From positions 76,867 through 140,866 of the forward strand of contig CBFIAK010000002.1 of the NCBI GenBank assembly GCA_965660445.1: 64,000 nt of DNA. The letters run 5' to 3'. The notes under the pieces were generated by a model that worked only from the letters and a program-made list of their open reading frames with translations, had not been told where the DNA came from and made no database searches. Each line of letters starts with the position of its first letter. Positions within the stretch are counted from its first letter, which is position 1. The position numbers were made by a program, and so were the translations under genes. Positions 10,125 to 20,844 of the stretch are shown one piece after another. This DNA is from Patescibacteria group bacterium. GTDB lineage: Bacteria; Patescibacteriota; Gracilibacteria; UBA4473.

Positions 10125-10156
10125 AAAAAAAAGACGTTTCGACGTCTTTTTTTTTT
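10125..10156. terminator. Bidirectional intrinsic terminator
   Basis: A-tract GACGT TTCG ACGTC T-tract between convergent genes. Confidence 0.8.
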
Positions 10157-10230
10157 GTCTCTTGTTTTCCTGAAACGCTAAAAAATAACCACATTGGTGA
10201 TTCCCTCTTTTTTCCGATTACTATTCTGTT

Positions 10231-10587
10231 CTAAGAAATATCGGTTCCAACCGCTCGTTCAACAATTTTTGAAATTCGTTTGAGCCCAAACTGAGGATCT
10301 TGACTCTCTGGTGAAGGAACTGGAATAAGAGCGGGTAATGCTTTGCGTGCTAGTTTTATAATAAGATCGTCAGAGATTTGTTTGTAATATGATTCTTCCA
10401 TAAAAATAACAGCATATCGAGGAATTGTTTTTTCGTTGTCTTGAAACTCTTGAATAAGTGATTCGAGCACGTTTGTTGCTTCTTGTTTTGATTCTACCGC
10501 ATGGGCAATAACACCCAATGATTTATAAAGTGCAATTGAGTTTTTGTTCCCAATAATACCAAGCTGAAAGTTTTGTGAAGTACTCAT
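10231..10587 (-). CDS. V/A-type ATPase subunit F
   Basis: LGIIGNKNSIALYKSLGV...YAVIFMEE...LPALIPVPS...VERAVGTDI. Confidence 0.9.
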   Translation of the reverse strand: MSTSQNFQLGIIGNKNSIALYKSLGVIAHAVESKQEATNVLESLIQEFQDNEKTIPRYAVIFMEESYYKQISDDLIIKLARKALPALIPVPSPESQDPQFGLKRISKIVERAVGTDIS

Positions 10588-10597
10588 AAAGAAAAAA

Positions 10598-11623
10598 CTA
10601 TGAAAATGATTGAAGAAGTGTGTAGATTTGTTTTTCGGTTAACCCGTTGTATTTTGAAAACATAATACATTTTATTTTTTGAGCGTTTCTGATCCGTCGA
10701 CTAAAATAAGAAATAGGAACTTGAATATCATCAATAAGCCCTCCTTGTCCTTCGTCAATAAATTGATACAGACATCGATCAAGCTCTTTTTCTATCTGCA
10801 TGATTGATTCTTGGGTGTTTTCTTGGAGTTCGATATGAGCTTGAAATCCGAGTTCGCTTCTCTTAATGCACTCAATTGCTTGTGCTTGTGAATGTATTGA
10901 TTCCAGTTCACTGTAGGGAATACTCCCACCTTCAATATACTCTTTTGATGATAATTTTTTTTGTCTCATAAATACAGAACGTGCCATCATCATCAGATTA
11001 GAACGATCAATTAAGAAACGAACCCATTGGGATACAAATGCATTTTTTTGTGGTGCTTTGTTTTGGAAGTAATGAAAAAATGATTGATTAATAACATGCT
11101 CAATTCCATTTATATACGATTCTTTGTTATTCATTTCTGTATGAGCAAAAACGTATTGTTGAATATGAGAAATCGCATCTTGTAATGAATCAGGAATAAA
11201 TTCTGGTAATATATGATTCCAAACAATATCTTGTATTTGATGATGTGTGAGTATTCCAAGCTCAGAATATCCATGATTTTCATCAAAATGTTCAATATTC
11301 GGTTTCTCAAGTAGAATTTTGTCTTTATATGCTTTTTTAAGATTGTTCATATCAAACTGCCCCCAAAGAATATGAAGGGCTGAATGATCATTTGTTCCTT
11401 TCACAAGTGAATGTTTTGTTTCAAGGAGTCCTTGTCGAATAATTTGTTCAAAATTATTTGGGGTGGTCGATTCATCAATATATTCTGCATATGGTAGTTC
11501 GATAAACACATGAAACGCATCAAGGGGGGTTGGGGATCCAACCATGCGTTCAATTTGGTTTTGAGTTAAGAGTTGGTCTTCCCATGCTCGAATCTGACCG
11601 ATAATAAAAGTGAGGTTTAACAT
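10598..11623 (-). CDS. V/A-type ATPase subunit C
   Basis: IRAWEDQLLTQNQIERMV, FDMNNLK; position in operon. Confidence 0.8.
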   Translation of the reverse strand: MLNLTFIIGQIRAWEDQLLTQNQIERMVGSPTPLDAFHVFIELPYAEYIDESTTPNNFEQIIRQGLLETKHSLVKGTNDHSALHILWGQFDMNNLKKAYKDKILLEKPNIEHFDENHGYSELGILTHHQIQDIVWNHILPEFIPDSLQDAISHIQQYVFAHTEMNNKESYINGIEHVINQSFFHYFQNKAPQKNAFVSQWVRFLIDRSNLMMMARSVFMRQKKLSSKEYIEGGSIPYSELESIHSQAQAIECIKRSELGFQAHIELQENTQESIMQIEKELDRCLYQFIDEGQGGLIDDIQVPISYFSRRIRNAQKIKCIMFSKYNGLTEKQIYTLLQSFS

Positions 11624-11663
11624 AGTGCTAATCGTTTACTGCAGAATAAAGAGAAAAATAGAA

Positions 11664-12221
11664 TTATGTAAGTTTTAGTTCTTGTGAAAGATATAAATGA
11701 AGTTGTTCTCGGTATTCTTTTTCAATGAGAGTTTTAAATGTATTGTCGATAACAGTATCTCCCATTTCGAGAATAAATCCTCCTTGAATGTCTTTGTGAG
11801 GTACAACATGAAACCCCTGTGGTGCATTTTTTGTAGTCACTTCAAGCCGTTGTGCAGGAGCATATATTTTCCCTGATGGAACTCGTATATGAGAGAACAG
11901 TTTTTGCAAAATCTGTCCATACGTTTTTTCGTCCGCATTTTCAAGGGTGCGAAGAAAATCTTTGAGTATAGAAGACAAAACTTCATGCTTCATTTCGAGA
12001 TTCATTTTCGCTGATTCTCGTTTGAGTAAAGACTGCATTTTCTTTTGCAGTGATTCTAATGCATGTTTTGTTTTCAGCTCAATATTTTGTGCGTCTTGTA
12101 TCATATATGCATCATATTTCTTCTGGATCTCTTTTTTTTGAGTTTCAGTTTCAGATTCAATGATCCGCACTTGATTTTGCGCTTCTTCAGTTATTTTTTT
12201 AAGGATATCAGGCAATGCCAT
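11664..12221 (-). CDS. V/A-type ATPase subunit E
   Basis: MALPDILKKITEEA coiled coil; IQGGFILEMGDTVIDNTF. Confidence 0.88.
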   Translation of the reverse strand: MALPDILKKITEEAQNQVRIIESETETQKKEIQKKYDAYMIQDAQNIELKTKHALESLQKKMQSLLKRESAKMNLEMKHEVLSSILKDFLRTLENADEKTYGQILQKLFSHIRVPSGKIYAPAQRLEVTTKNAPQGFHVVPHKDIQGGFILEMGDTVIDNTFKTLIEKEYREQLHLYLSQELKLT

Positions 12222-12254
12222 GAGAGAAGGGAAGTTAAAAAATTGAGAAAAATA

Positions 12255-12752
12255 TTATCCAAGTTGGATTGAATTGATAATAAGAATTGAAATCAAAAGT
12301 CCGAAAATTGCGTATGTTTCAATAATAACAGAAAGGACGATTGCTTTCCCTGACATTGATTCTTGTCGAGCGATCATTCCAGCACTTGCTGCTGCTACTT
12401 TCCCTTGAAGCCATGCAGATGTAAGTCCTGAAAACCCCATCAAAATTCCAGCCCATAAAAAGAGAAGTCCTGTATCATGAGGCACTTCCATTGGCGTTCC
12501 ACCTAATGCTCCAATTTTAAAGAGTGTAAAGATTGCAATAAGAAGACCGTATACTCCTTGTGACCCAGGAAGTGCTGTTAAGATAAGAATTTTACCAAAC
12601 AAGTTTGGTTTTTCAGCAAGCACTCCAGCTCCTTTTTGTCCTGGACTTGCGACTCCCAAACATGATCCAGCTCCAGCGAGAGCTGCAGAGCATACAGCTC
12701 CAATAATAGCGAGTACTTGTCCGTTCATAACGGTAGAAATTTCTGATTCCAT
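12255..12752 (-). CDS. V/A-type ATPase subunit K (4-TM proteolipid, Na+-binding signature)
   Basis: ALPGSQGVYG, SAWLQGKVAA, IIETYAIFG. Confidence 0.95.
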   Translation of the reverse strand: MESEISTVMNGQVLAIIGAVCSAALAGAGSCLGVASPGQKGAGVLAEKPNLFGKILILTALPGSQGVYGLLIAIFTLFKIGALGGTPMEVPHDTGLLFLWAGILMGFSGLTSAWLQGKVAAASAGMIARQESMSGKAIVLSVIIETYAIFGLLISILIINSIQLG

Positions 12753-12794
12753 AGTGTAAAAAAATTAAAAAATAAGGAAATAAAGAAAGTAAAA

Positions 12795-14843
12795 CTAATT
12801 CTCTTGAAAAAATATATATTTTTTCTGACGTTGAAATGGATTGAATTTTATTCCATTTCCGTCAAAAAACTTTCCAAAGAATTCAATAAATTGAAGACGC
12901 CCTGAATGGACGAATGCTCCTAAAAGCGATAGGGCGAAATTTAAAGAGTGCCCAAACAAAATAATAATAACCGCTACAATGATTCCTAAAATCCAGTGCG
13001 GCATCATTTGAAATAAAACGCCAGCAGTAAGGTTCATTGCAAACCCAATAACTCCAGTGGCAAGTCCTAATGCCATAATACGAGAATAACTCAGTACATC
13101 TGATAAATATCCAGTAATATTATAGAGTCCGAGTACTCCATAAATAGGTTTTAAAATCCAGTTTTTTTGGTGTCGACCTTGTGTTGCTACTAAAAGTCCT
13201 GCTCCAATGAGTGTCATGTTTTGAGCTATTGGCTTCAATGTTCCTATTGACTCGATTGCACTTGATGCAGAGAAAAACACAATAGATGAGATAAAAAAGA
13301 ACCACGGAAGTGAATCGAAAAAAGCTTCTGAGTAGTTTTTGTTTTTGATGTTTTTTACGAAACTTAAAATAAGTCCAACAAGAAGTTGAAAAATCCCGAG
13401 TACTAATGTGAAAACAAGGAATATAATAGGACCACTTCCAGACATCGGATTTATAAGCTGTCCTTTAAATGGCATAGCGGTTGTGTCTCCTGCCAGATAT
13501 TCAGGGGTAATAAGAATCTGACTCAGCCATTGAGGGAGAACTTCAGGAGTCATTCCAAAGTATCCACCAAGGACAATACCACCTAATATAGCACTTATTC
13601 CGCAAAGAAAGAGAAGCAGTATTCCACTTTTGGCAAGTTTTGAAAGTTTAGCGGTGAGTAAGAAAATAAGAGCTCCTCCCGCAAGAAGACTTCCGTATCC
13701 AACATCAGAAAGACAGAGCCCAAAAAATACAAAGAAGAATGGAGCTAAAAATGGAGTTGGATCGAGGTCTTGATGATCTGGAATACCAAACATTTCTGTA
13801 ATAAACTCAAACGGAGCAATTCCTTTTTTGTTTTCTACGAGGGTTGGTTCGATTTCTCCTTCTTTTGGTTCAATTTTTTCAAGAGATACTTCTTGCACAA
13901 ATGCTTGTTGAATCCATTGCTGAATTTCGTCGTATTTTGACTGTGCAATCCATGCTTCAAAGGCAAAAACGGTTTTTGTTTTTAAAATCTTATGCTGTAA
14001 ATCATGTTTTGTTTTTCTCCACTCATTATAATCAGAAAGAATTTTTAAATCATCAGTGTAGCGTGCTAACTCTTTTTGTTGAATAGTGAGTGTTTGAATA
14101 CGATCTTCTTTTTCTTGCTTGAGTCGTTCAAGTTGTCGAAGTATTTCTCGTGGTGTTTTTCCTTGCCACTCACTCCATTCTTTTTGGAAATCGAGTATCT
14201 CTTTATCGTATGATCCTAAAATTGCTTGTATTTTTTCTTCTACGCTTGGATGATAAGAGATTCGTAAGATGCCAGTTGTTTTGCTTTGAGGAAGAAACTC
14301 AACATCAGCGAGTCGAGATTCTTTTGCCAGTATTCGGATCAGTTCGTTTTGTTGTGAACGAGGAAAGAGTGCAAACAATGTTTTCGTATGAGCGGTATGA
14401 AACGATGGCAAAAGAGGCATATTCATCCCTTTTAATCGTTTAATACTTTCAATCATTTGATCGATTTTTGTCTTTTCATGTTCGGTTTGTCCTTTTTGAT
14501 ATTCCACTCGTTCGCATTCACTTATTATTTTTTCAGAATGAGGAGCAAATTCTTTGAGTCTTTGTTTTGCTTCCGCTTCAGTGAGAATTATTTTTCCTCC
14601 TGTTAAGAGACGATCTAAAAAAGGAGTTTTTGGACTATAAGGTTCTAGAAATCGAATAGCAAAATCAATACGAGCTAAATCAAACACCGTGAAATATTGC
14701 TCCGGTGCTGTTGTTGAATGTGATATGAAGTCCTCATTTTCTACAATATGCAATACCCCCTTCCGGTGCAGTTCTTGCATAAGAATTTTATAATGACTTT
14801 TGAGTCCTGTAATGCGAATTTTTTGAAGTGGTGCTTTACCCAT
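12795..14843 (-). CDS. V/A-type ATPase subunit I
   Basis: DPTPFLAPFFFVFFGLCLSDVGYG, SDVLSYSRIMALGLA, HSGRLQFIEFFGKFF. Confidence 0.96.
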   Translation of the reverse strand: MGKAPLQKIRITGLKSHYKILMQELHRKGVLHIVENEDFISHSTTAPEQYFTVFDLARIDFAIRFLEPYSPKTPFLDRLLTGGKIILTEAEAKQRLKEFAPHSEKIISECERVEYQKGQTEHEKTKIDQMIESIKRLKGMNMPLLPSFHTAHTKTLFALFPRSQQNELIRILAKESRLADVEFLPQSKTTGILRISYHPSVEEKIQAILGSYDKEILDFQKEWSEWQGKTPREILRQLERLKQEKEDRIQTLTIQQKELARYTDDLKILSDYNEWRKTKHDLQHKILKTKTVFAFEAWIAQSKYDEIQQWIQQAFVQEVSLEKIEPKEGEIEPTLVENKKGIAPFEFITEMFGIPDHQDLDPTPFLAPFFFVFFGLCLSDVGYGSLLAGGALIFLLTAKLSKLAKSGILLLFLCGISAILGGIVLGGYFGMTPEVLPQWLSQILITPEYLAGDTTAMPFKGQLINPMSGSGPIIFLVFTLVLGIFQLLVGLILSFVKNIKNKNYSEAFFDSLPWFFFISSIVFFSASSAIESIGTLKPIAQNMTLIGAGLLVATQGRHQKNWILKPIYGVLGLYNITGYLSDVLSYSRIMALGLATGVIGFAMNLTAGVLFQMMPHWILGIIVAVIIILFGHSLNFALSLLGAFVHSGRLQFIEFFGKFFDGNGIKFNPFQRQKKYIFFQEN

Positions 14844-14885
14844 TGAGAGATAAAAATAGAAGGTCGTCTTTTTAAACAAGAGTTC

Positions 14886-15206
14886 TTAAAGGCAGTTGTC
14901 CAAAAAGAAATGAAGAGTGCTTGATAAAACTTTTTCTTTTTTGTCTTGAAGACTCCTTTTTTCAAGTTCAATTTTTCTTTGTTCTTCTTCAAGCCCTTTT
15001 GCATACTCTTTTCTGGCTTCTTTTTGTTGTTCTATGAGTTGATTTCTTCCTTTTTCTCGAAGTTCTTGTTCGTTTTTTTCTTGTATCTGAATAAGTTTTT
15101 TCTCAAAAGTCTCAACGTCTTTCGCTGACTTCTTTCGAGCGTCTTCAATCATTTTTTCGTATTGTGCTTCGGTCGTTTGAATCTGGTGTAAAAATGAATC
15201 GTTCAT
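14886..15206 (-). CDS. V/A-type ATPase peripheral-stalk subunit G/H
   Basis: Charged coiled coil of ~106 aa; first gene of the operon. Confidence 0.7.
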   Translation of the reverse strand: MNDSFLHQIQTTEAQYEKMIEDARKKSAKDVETFEKKLIQIQEKNEQELREKGRNQLIEQQKEARKEYAKGLEEEQRKIELEKRSLQDKKEKVLSSTLHFFLDNCL

Positions 15207-15483
15207 GGGAATAAGAAAAGTATGCACTTATATAATTCTTGCCTATTTTCATAAACTTTTCTTGAATGTCAACTCTTTTGTTCTTTTTTTATGTCGATTA
15301 AAATAAAAATGTTTTTTTTCTTACTTTTTAAAAAGAAGAAAGAAACGCTTCTTTTTCTTTTTTATGAACAAATAATGTGTTCTTTTTTTACTCTTCTTTC
15401 AGTGTGTTTATTGGAAAATAAGTTGACCTTCCTGTCTTTTTCTTCACAATAGGATTGATATTTTTCTTTCTTTATTTGTGCAT

Positions 15484-16953
15484 ATGCTTTCGTCTTTTTG
15501 GATAGGTTTTCTGGCGTGGCTTCAAGGATTTATGCCTTTTTTATATTCTTCAACAATCGAAAATCCAGTTGTTGTAAAAGATGTCCAACAGATTGAATCG
15601 GGAAACAATATTCAAAAACTTCCATCGATGGGGGTTCGACGTTTGCCAACTTATGAAGGACAACTTCGTGATATCCGTAGACTTATTGAACATGGGTATT
15701 ATGCAGAAGCGTCAACAGAACTTTCTCGATTGTCTTATGATTACCCAGAAAAAATAGAGCCTTTTTTTTACCTTGCTGATATTTTGGTGCGTCGAGGTGA
15801 CACAGCAGGGCTTTCTTCTTTAGTTGATCGTATTGCAACTCGGTTTCCCGATCATACCGTTGTGCGTATATTACAAGGACGTCTTGCTTTGTTGACTGGA
15901 TTTGCAGAATACAATCGTTTTGTTGCAGATCTTGATGTCAATACACTGCCCCCTCAACTTCGGGTCTATCAAGCATTTCTTTGGGCATTGCAGAATAATC
16001 ATGAGAAAGCACAATCAGTATTACAACCATTGCTGTCGTTTGAAGTGAATGATGAACCTCGCACATCAGACGAGTATCAACAAACAATTTCTTCGGATTT
16101 CTATTTTGTGGTCGAAAGAATACTTCAAGAATACGAATCTTTTTCAGTTTTGAGTGAAGGAAAACGGGCACATTTATTTGCTCTTCTTGGAAAAGTAGCA
16201 GGTGATGTTGATGAAACACGTATTATGCGTGCTTTTGCAGATCTAGCCTTAAAAGAGGATATGTCTTATATCGATGCATGGATTTTGAGAGGCTATAGCC
16301 ACTTTTTAGAAGAGAATTACCAAAAGGCATTACCTGATTTTTATGAAGCATATCGACTTGATCCGGTTCGTCCGCAAACGGCTTACTTTTTAGCACTGTC
16401 TTTGATGCATTTAGAAAGAAATAAAGAAGCGATTGTTCTTTTTGAAAAAGCTTTAGAATATGGATTTCCGTTTTCTGAAGATGTTGATTGGAAGTTAATG
16501 GAAGTGTTTTTAGAAGAAGGAAAATTTGATATGTTGATTCCTTTGTATGAAAAATACATAACGATCGATGTGCCTGCTCAAAAAATAACAACGGCTTTTC
16601 ATACACTTATCGATAAAGCAAATCGGAGTGATGTAGCTGTTGATATTGGCCAACGACTTGTTGAGGCGAGACCAACAAGCGTGTTTCATTTAAATATGTA
16701 TGCGTGGGCTCTTATTGCTGATAGTCAGTTTGAAGAATCTTCTCGTATCCTTGATCAGGCAGACCAATCATATGAAAACCATCCACAAACAGCGCTTAAT
16801 AGAGGGCTCTTATATGAAACACAGGGGGATATGAAAAACGCACAAGAATGGTACCGAAAAAGTTATGAAATGGGATCAAAAATTCCAGAGTTCGTATCTC
16901 TTGCGAATTTTGCAGCACGTCAATACAACCGTTTAGTTGATATGCCTCAGTAG
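15484..16953 (+). CDS. Tetratricopeptide-repeat protein with N-terminal anchor
   Basis: TPR-like helices (DAWILRGYSHFLEENYQKA, TALNRGLLYETQGDMKNAQEWYRKS). Confidence 0.8.
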   Translation: MLSSFWIGFLAWLQGFMPFLYSSTIENPVVVKDVQQIESGNNIQKLPSMGVRRLPTYEGQLRDIRRLIEHGYYAEASTELSRLSYDYPEKIEPFFYLADILVRRGDTAGLSSLVDRIATRFPDHTVVRILQGRLALLTGFAEYNRFVADLDVNTLPPQLRVYQAFLWALQNNHEKAQSVLQPLLSFEVNDEPRTSDEYQQTISSDFYFVVERILQEYESFSVLSEGKRAHLFALLGKVAGDVDETRIMRAFADLALKEDMSYIDAWILRGYSHFLEENYQKALPDFYEAYRLDPVRPQTAYFLALSLMHLERNKEAIVLFEKALEYGFPFSEDVDWKLMEVFLEEGKFDMLIPLYEKYITIDVPAQKITTAFHTLIDKANRSDVAVDIGQRLVEARPTSVFHLNMYAWALIADSQFEESSRILDQADQSYENHPQTALNRGLLYETQGDMKNAQEWYRKSYEMGSKIPEFVSLANFAARQYNRLVDMPQ

Positions 16954-16956
16954 TAT

Positions 16957-17625
16957 TTATGATTTGATTTGAAGTTTCTCCAGAACGAGATTGAGTATTT
17001 CTTGTGCAATGTCTTCTCGGCGTCGGATTTCTCCAAATTGATCAACGTTTATTTTTACCCATCGAAAATCTTTTTCGCATTGTTGAAGTGCGATTTGTCG
17101 TACTCGTGCAAGATAGTTTTCATTGGCTTCATGTAAATCAGCGAGCCTGTTCTTTGCCTGATGTATCTTTCTTCGGGCTTCCATGCTTGCATCAAGAAAA
17201 ATAACAAGACTTTCACGAGGAAACCCGAAAATGTCATATTCTAGTTTTGATACATATTCTATAAGTCTTTGAGATTCGGATTTTTTTTCTGTTCGTGCTG
17301 CTGTGTAGATAAGATTTGCGGTAACACTTCGATCAAAAATAACAACATCGTTTTCGAGTCTTAATTTTTCAATATCATCTATTTGTGCAAGCCTGTCTGC
17401 TGCATAAAGAGCGGCAATCATTTCAGGGGCAATACTTTCCATGTTTCCTAATTCTCCTCGCAGATATGCTTCGAGCCTTTTTCCTGCAGAAGTTACCTTG
17501 TATCCGGGGAATCTTTTCCACCCCGCTTTTATGGAGTGTTTTTTTAAGTTTTCTAAGAGAATTTCTGTTTGAGTCGATTTTCCACAAGCATCAAGTCCTT
17601 CAAGTACAATAATAGGGGATTTCAT
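16957..17625 (-). CDS. tmk: Thymidylate kinase
   Basis: IVLEGLDACGKSTQ, LYAADR, IFDRS. Confidence 0.9.
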   Translation of the reverse strand: MKSPIIVLEGLDACGKSTQTEILLENLKKHSIKAGWKRFPGYKVTSAGKRLEAYLRGELGNMESIAPEMIAALYAADRLAQIDDIEKLRLENDVVIFDRSVTANLIYTAARTEKKSESQRLIEYVSKLEYDIFGFPRESLVIFLDASMEARRKIHQAKNRLADLHEANENYLARVRQIALQQCEKDFRWVKINVDQFGEIRRREDIAQEILNLVLEKLQIKS

Positions 17626-17843
17626 AAACAAAACATTAAGATTTCAGTTCTTATTGTATACCCTTGTTTTCGATGTTCCAAAAAATAATAGTTATTGTTT
17701 TTAAAAATACTTGACTTGTGTTTTATTTTGTTTTATTTATAAAATAGTTTCGTACAAAAATGAAATTAAATTTTTAATAACTAAAAAAATCAAAGTTTCA
17801 TTTTTGCGCGGACAAAAGTGGTTCTTTGAAAAGGAGTTTTTCT

Positions 17844-18530
17844 ATGATAAAACTAGGAGTTGAGTCAGTACCTGATTCAAGCGCTGTGGCGAGTAAGGCT
17901 TTAACAGACCTTGTTCGTTATGACACATTTATGACTGTTCCAACAATTATGACACTTTTTTTTGTTGTTGCTGGAATGGTGTTGGTATTTGCATACCTAT
18001 TTGTGTCGAATGACCATATTGTCAAACGTATTGCCCCTATTGGATTAATTGTCTTGATGTTCTTTGTGTACATCTTGCAAATTTTCCCACCACCTGGAGG
18101 AGAGGTTATTATTTACTTCCTCTCTGGGTATGCCACACTTATTATTTTCCCAGTCTTTCTGTATTTAATCTATTTATACGCCCAACTTCAAAAAAAGAGA
18201 GGCGATAAAGAAGACGATACACTTGTTCTGCGGAATATGGCAGTATTTGGGGTGTTGGCGGTTTCACTGTTTTGTTTCTTGTTTTTTTCTTTTGTCATTT
18301 TGTGGTCCCACACAGCAAGCGTATGGGGAAATCTCTTTGGAGGTTTTGTTATATCATTTGCGGTTATAGGATTTCTTTTTTTCTCGCTTTATGCGACAAA
18401 AAATGCGCATAAGGATAAAGAAAAATCATTTGAAATTCTTTCTTTTACGGCAATTGTGTTTTGGGTTGTCTTCATGATTATCCCACTCATAATTACCACC
18501 ATTATAAAAGGAGAATTCTTTAATTTCTAA
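17844..18530 (+). CDS. Hypothetical multi-pass membrane protein
   Basis: About 6 hydrophobic segments; no recognised motif. Confidence 0.65.
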   Translation: MIKLGVESVPDSSAVASKALTDLVRYDTFMTVPTIMTLFFVVAGMVLVFAYLFVSNDHIVKRIAPIGLIVLMFFVYILQIFPPPGGEVIIYFLSGYATLIIFPVFLYLIYLYAQLQKKRGDKEDDTLVLRNMAVFGVLAVSLFCFLFFSFVILWSHTASVWGNLFGGFVISFAVIGFLFFSLYATKNAHKDKEKSFEILSFTAIVFWVVFMIIPLIITTIIKGEFFNF

Positions 18531-18625
18531 AATTCCCAACCACTTTCTTATAAACCTTTCTGTCCGTGCAGAAAGGTTTTTTTAAGATTTATTTTTATGG
18601 TATAATACTATCGAGTTCTATTCCT

Positions 18626-19618
18626 ATGAAATTCTTATTTTCGCATTTTGGTATTCCTTCTGCTCAATTTCTCTTTATTCGAGAAGGGTTTAAGGCAGGG
18701 GCTTCTGTGGATGTGCAAGCACAAGAATATGAAAATTTGTTAGAAGAAACAAAACAAAGCTTAAACCAATCAAAAGAAACATTTCACCCTTTTCAAAACC
18801 AAAACTATGAATTCTTGTTTGATGGGGGAAATGCAGTTCTCGTTTCTACATTTTTAGCTCAGAAATTTGGAGAACCGACTCATTCATGGCGTAAGTCGGA
18901 ACATCCAAAAACATTTTTTGTATTAGCTTTCTTAACATCGCAAGGGGTAAATGTAAACAGCCCTCGATTTCTTCAAGGGAAAATGTTGTCTATTAAAAAT
19001 GGAAATATAACATTTGGAGAAAAAGAAAAAATAATGTCTTTGAATACTTCATCGGGAAAGGAAGTTGTATCATCTCCATCAAAAAATAATGATGATAATA
19101 CCGATACTGATTCCGTGCATGTGGTATTAAACGAAGAAAAAAATGCTTCTCAAGAAAAAGCGGAGTCTTGGCAAGGGAACGAAAAGGTGTGTGTGTATCG
19201 TGAAAATGGAGCTATTCAGTCTTTTGAGGTAAACGGAAAGGTGTATACTCATGCAGATTTGTGGTATTTATCAAAAAATCAGTTGTATCTGTTGTCAGAA
19301 GAAAAAATGTATCTTATTGATGAGCAGAATAATCATTTGTGGGGTTGTGCGGTGCAAGAAGGTGTAGTATATGGGTTTGATGAGGTTGTTCTGCAGAATG
19401 ATTCGATAGCCGCTGTTCGTATTGGAAAAAAATGGTCCCTGATTTCTAAGTATAACGAAATTCCTTTTTCTTATACGCTTCATGGGAAGAAATATACTCA
19501 ATTTGATGGTATTACATATATGAAAAATGGAGATATTTTTCTCGAATTACAAGGAAATCAATATACCGTTTTACAACAGGATCAGCATCAATGGCAAAAA
19601 AAAGAGAAAATCTTTTGA
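18626..19618 (+). CDS. Hypothetical protein
   Basis: Long ORF; TGGTATAAT extended -10 at 18598-18606. Confidence 0.65.
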   Translation: MKFLFSHFGIPSAQFLFIREGFKAGASVDVQAQEYENLLEETKQSLNQSKETFHPFQNQNYEFLFDGGNAVLVSTFLAQKFGEPTHSWRKSEHPKTFFVLAFLTSQGVNVNSPRFLQGKMLSIKNGNITFGEKEKIMSLNTSSGKEVVSSPSKNNDDNTDTDSVHVVLNEEKNASQEKAESWQGNEKVCVYRENGAIQSFEVNGKVYTHADLWYLSKNQLYLLSEEKMYLIDEQNNHLWGCAVQEGVVYGFDEVVLQNDSIAAVRIGKKWSLISKYNEIPFSYTLHGKKYTQFDGITYMKNGDIFLELQGNQYTVLQQDQHQWQKKEKIF

Positions 19619-19653
19619 CTTTTTGTGCACTTGAGTAAAATTAGAGAGACATT

Positions 19654-20754
19654 ATGAAGTTTGTGATAACACAATCGGCACTTTTGGAGAGTTTAAAGGT
19701 TGTTTCTCGAGCAGTTTCGGGACACAACACGCTTCCTGTGCTTGGAAATATCCTTATTCGTGCGGAAGGTAAAAAAGTATATTTTCTGGGAACAAATCTT
19801 GAAATTTCTATTTCTACTTCTGCAGAAGCAACCGTTAAAAATGAAGGATCACTTACTGTTCCAGCAAAAATATTAACATCGTATGTATCACTTTTAGAAA
19901 AAGATGAAGATGTGGAAGTTTCTGTTTCTTCAGGTACAGCTCTTGATATTAAATCACAAAAATCAAAAACAAAAATCAAAGGTATTTCTGCTGATGAGTT
20001 TCCTTCTGTGGCGGAGGTAAAAGGAGGCACCGAAGTTGGTGTGCCTTCAGACCTTTTTCGATCAGCGGTTCATCAGGTGGCGTTTGCGGCACAAGAGAAT
20101 TCTTCGCGTCCAATCTTATCTGGAGTGTATGTATTGGGGAACAAAAAAGAACTGCGTATGGTTGCTACTGATTCGTATCGTTTGAGTGAAAAAGTAATTA
20201 CTTTGAAAGAAGCGATTGATGATATTTCGTGTGTTATTCCAGTGCGAGCTGTCCTTGAAGCTGATCGACTTGTCGGTTCTTCAGAAACTGTTACGTTAAG
20301 AGTATCTGAAAACCAAGTGCTTTTCTCTGTTGGAAACACACAGCTTGTCTCACGATTGATTGATGGTCAGTTTCCTGATTACAAACAAATTATTCCGAAA
20401 AATGTAGCGACTTCTGTTGAAATTCAACATGCTGATTTTGAATTGGCAGTACGCCGAGTATCTATTTTCTCGAAAGAAAATAATCAACATATGAAACTCA
20501 GTATTACAGCCGAAGGAATTATGAGTCTTTCGACAGACGCTACTGAGATAGGAGAAGAAAAAGCGGAACTAAAAGTTTCTTTGAAGGGTGATGCCAACAC
20601 TATCGCCTTGAATTCAGAATACGTATTAGACGTTTTGGGAGCTGTTTCTGATAAAACTATTACTCTTGAGTTAGCGTCATCATCAAGTCCAGCGGTGTTT
20701 CGATTGAGTAAAAGTAAAAACTTTACGCATTTGATTATGCCTCTTAAAATGTAG
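19654..20754 (+). CDS. dnaN: DNA polymerase III beta sliding clamp
   Basis: TLPVLGNILI, RPILSGV, VATDSYRL, SRLIDGQFPDY, HLIMPL. Confidence 0.98.
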   Translation: MKFVITQSALLESLKVVSRAVSGHNTLPVLGNILIRAEGKKVYFLGTNLEISISTSAEATVKNEGSLTVPAKILTSYVSLLEKDEDVEVSVSSGTALDIKSQKSKTKIKGISADEFPSVAEVKGGTEVGVPSDLFRSAVHQVAFAAQENSSRPILSGVYVLGNKKELRMVATDSYRLSEKVITLKEAIDDISCVIPVRAVLEADRLVGSSETVTLRVSENQVLFSVGNTQLVSRLIDGQFPDYKQIIPKNVATSVEIQHADFELAVRRVSIFSKENNQHMKLSITAEGIMSLSTDATEIGEEKAELKVSLKGDANTIALNSEYVLDVLGAVSDKTITLELASSSSPAVFRLSKSKNFTHLIMPLKM

Positions 20755-20844
20755 TGATTCCTGTTTGATTTTGATCAAGCTGGGGTTAGTGTATTTTAAA
20801 ACAGAGTTCTTCTTCTTTTTTTATAATTTTTACTTTTTTGGGGA

